Origin: Nostoc punctiforme PCC 73102
GTDB taxonomy: Bacteria; Cyanobacteriota; Cyanobacteriia; Cyanobacteriales; Nostocaceae
Direction of reading: 5' to 3'
NCBI RefSeq assembly: GCF_000020025.1
Contig: NC_010628.1
Span: forward strand, 3,750,001-3,782,000
Length of the DNA: 32,000 nucleotides
This document shows positions 31,875-32,000 of this stretch, in pieces. The translations under genes and the position numbers were made by a program. Each line of letters opens with the position of its first letter. The first letter of the stretch is position 1. Below the pieces are notes generated by a model. It ran no database searches. It saw only the letters and a program-made list of their open reading frames with translations, and was not told the DNA's origin.

Positions 31875-32000
31875 TTCATCGAACTGCCATATAATTGGGA
31901 AGATATTGAGGAGTATGGGATCAATAAAAAAGAATGGTTGCAAACATTTTTAGAACTACCAGCAGTATTCGCCAAAAATAACGACGGCAGCTATGAACGA
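31875..32000 (+). pseudogene. Probable decayed fragment of an ISAs1-family (H-repeat-type) transposase gene
   Basis: The frame starting just after a TAA at 31872-31874 reads FIELPYNWEDIEEYGINKKEWLQTFLELPAVFAKNNDGSYER. The segment NWEDIEEYG..K.EWL..FLELP matches the conserved N-terminal region of ISAs1 transposases (..WEDIE.FG..K..WL..FL.LPNGIPSHDT). There is no start codon, an in-frame stop lies immediately upstream, and the sequence diverges after FLELP, so it looks like a relic. It runs off the window edge. Confidence 0.3.

Noticed and set aside
31915-31956. Short ATG-initiated ORF MGSIKKNGCKHF near the right edge
   Set aside because: It is only 12 codons and has no RBS. The overlapping alternative frame carries the ISAs1-like similarity, which explains the region better.
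1-32000. Thioesterase, reductase, MbtH-like, transporter or tailoring genes, and any CRISPR array, tRNA or rRNA
   Set aside because: None could be found. There are no ORFs or motifs (GxSxG TE context, MbtH signature), no spacer-repeat periodicity and no cloverleaf-like segments in the roughly 2 kb of non-coding sequence. Their absence is reported rather than guessed.

Overview
About 94% of this window is two giant minus-strand genes, 60 nt apart, that belong to one hybrid PKS/NRPS lipopeptide assembly line. The upstream gene (13952-30010, 5352 aa) reads FAAL - luciferase-like monooxygenase - ACP - KS - AT - ACP - PLP aminotransferase - C-A-PCP - C-A-PCP-E. The downstream gene (44-13891, 4615 aa) reads (C-A-PCP-E) x3. 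This is the iturin/mycosubtilin and puwainaphycin type of logic, which builds a beta-amino fatty acid and extends it with amino acids. Hand-derived specificity codes give the order: (oxidised?) beta-amino fatty acyl, Orn-like residue, D-Phe, D-Thr, D-Leu, D-Ala. No release domain is present, and the last protein ends in an E domain plus a docking-type tail, so the line continues beyond position 1. The host looks like a filamentous cyanobacterium: I found 16 perfect HIP1 octamers (GCGATCGC), the DNA is AT-rich, and heptamer-flanked small dispersed repeats are present. Three of the five NRPS A domains carry short in-frame insertions in surface loops of the C-terminal subdomain. Two of these insertions are copies of the same 57-bp element. 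Upstream of the cluster lie a 447-nt leader/promoter region with a 13-bp inverted repeat abutting the start codon, a DUF3102-family gene (30458-31378), and a probable decayed ISAs1-type transposase fragment at the right edge. No rRNA, tRNA or CRISPR array was seen. Domain boundaries are hand-mapped and good to roughly +/-30 nt.
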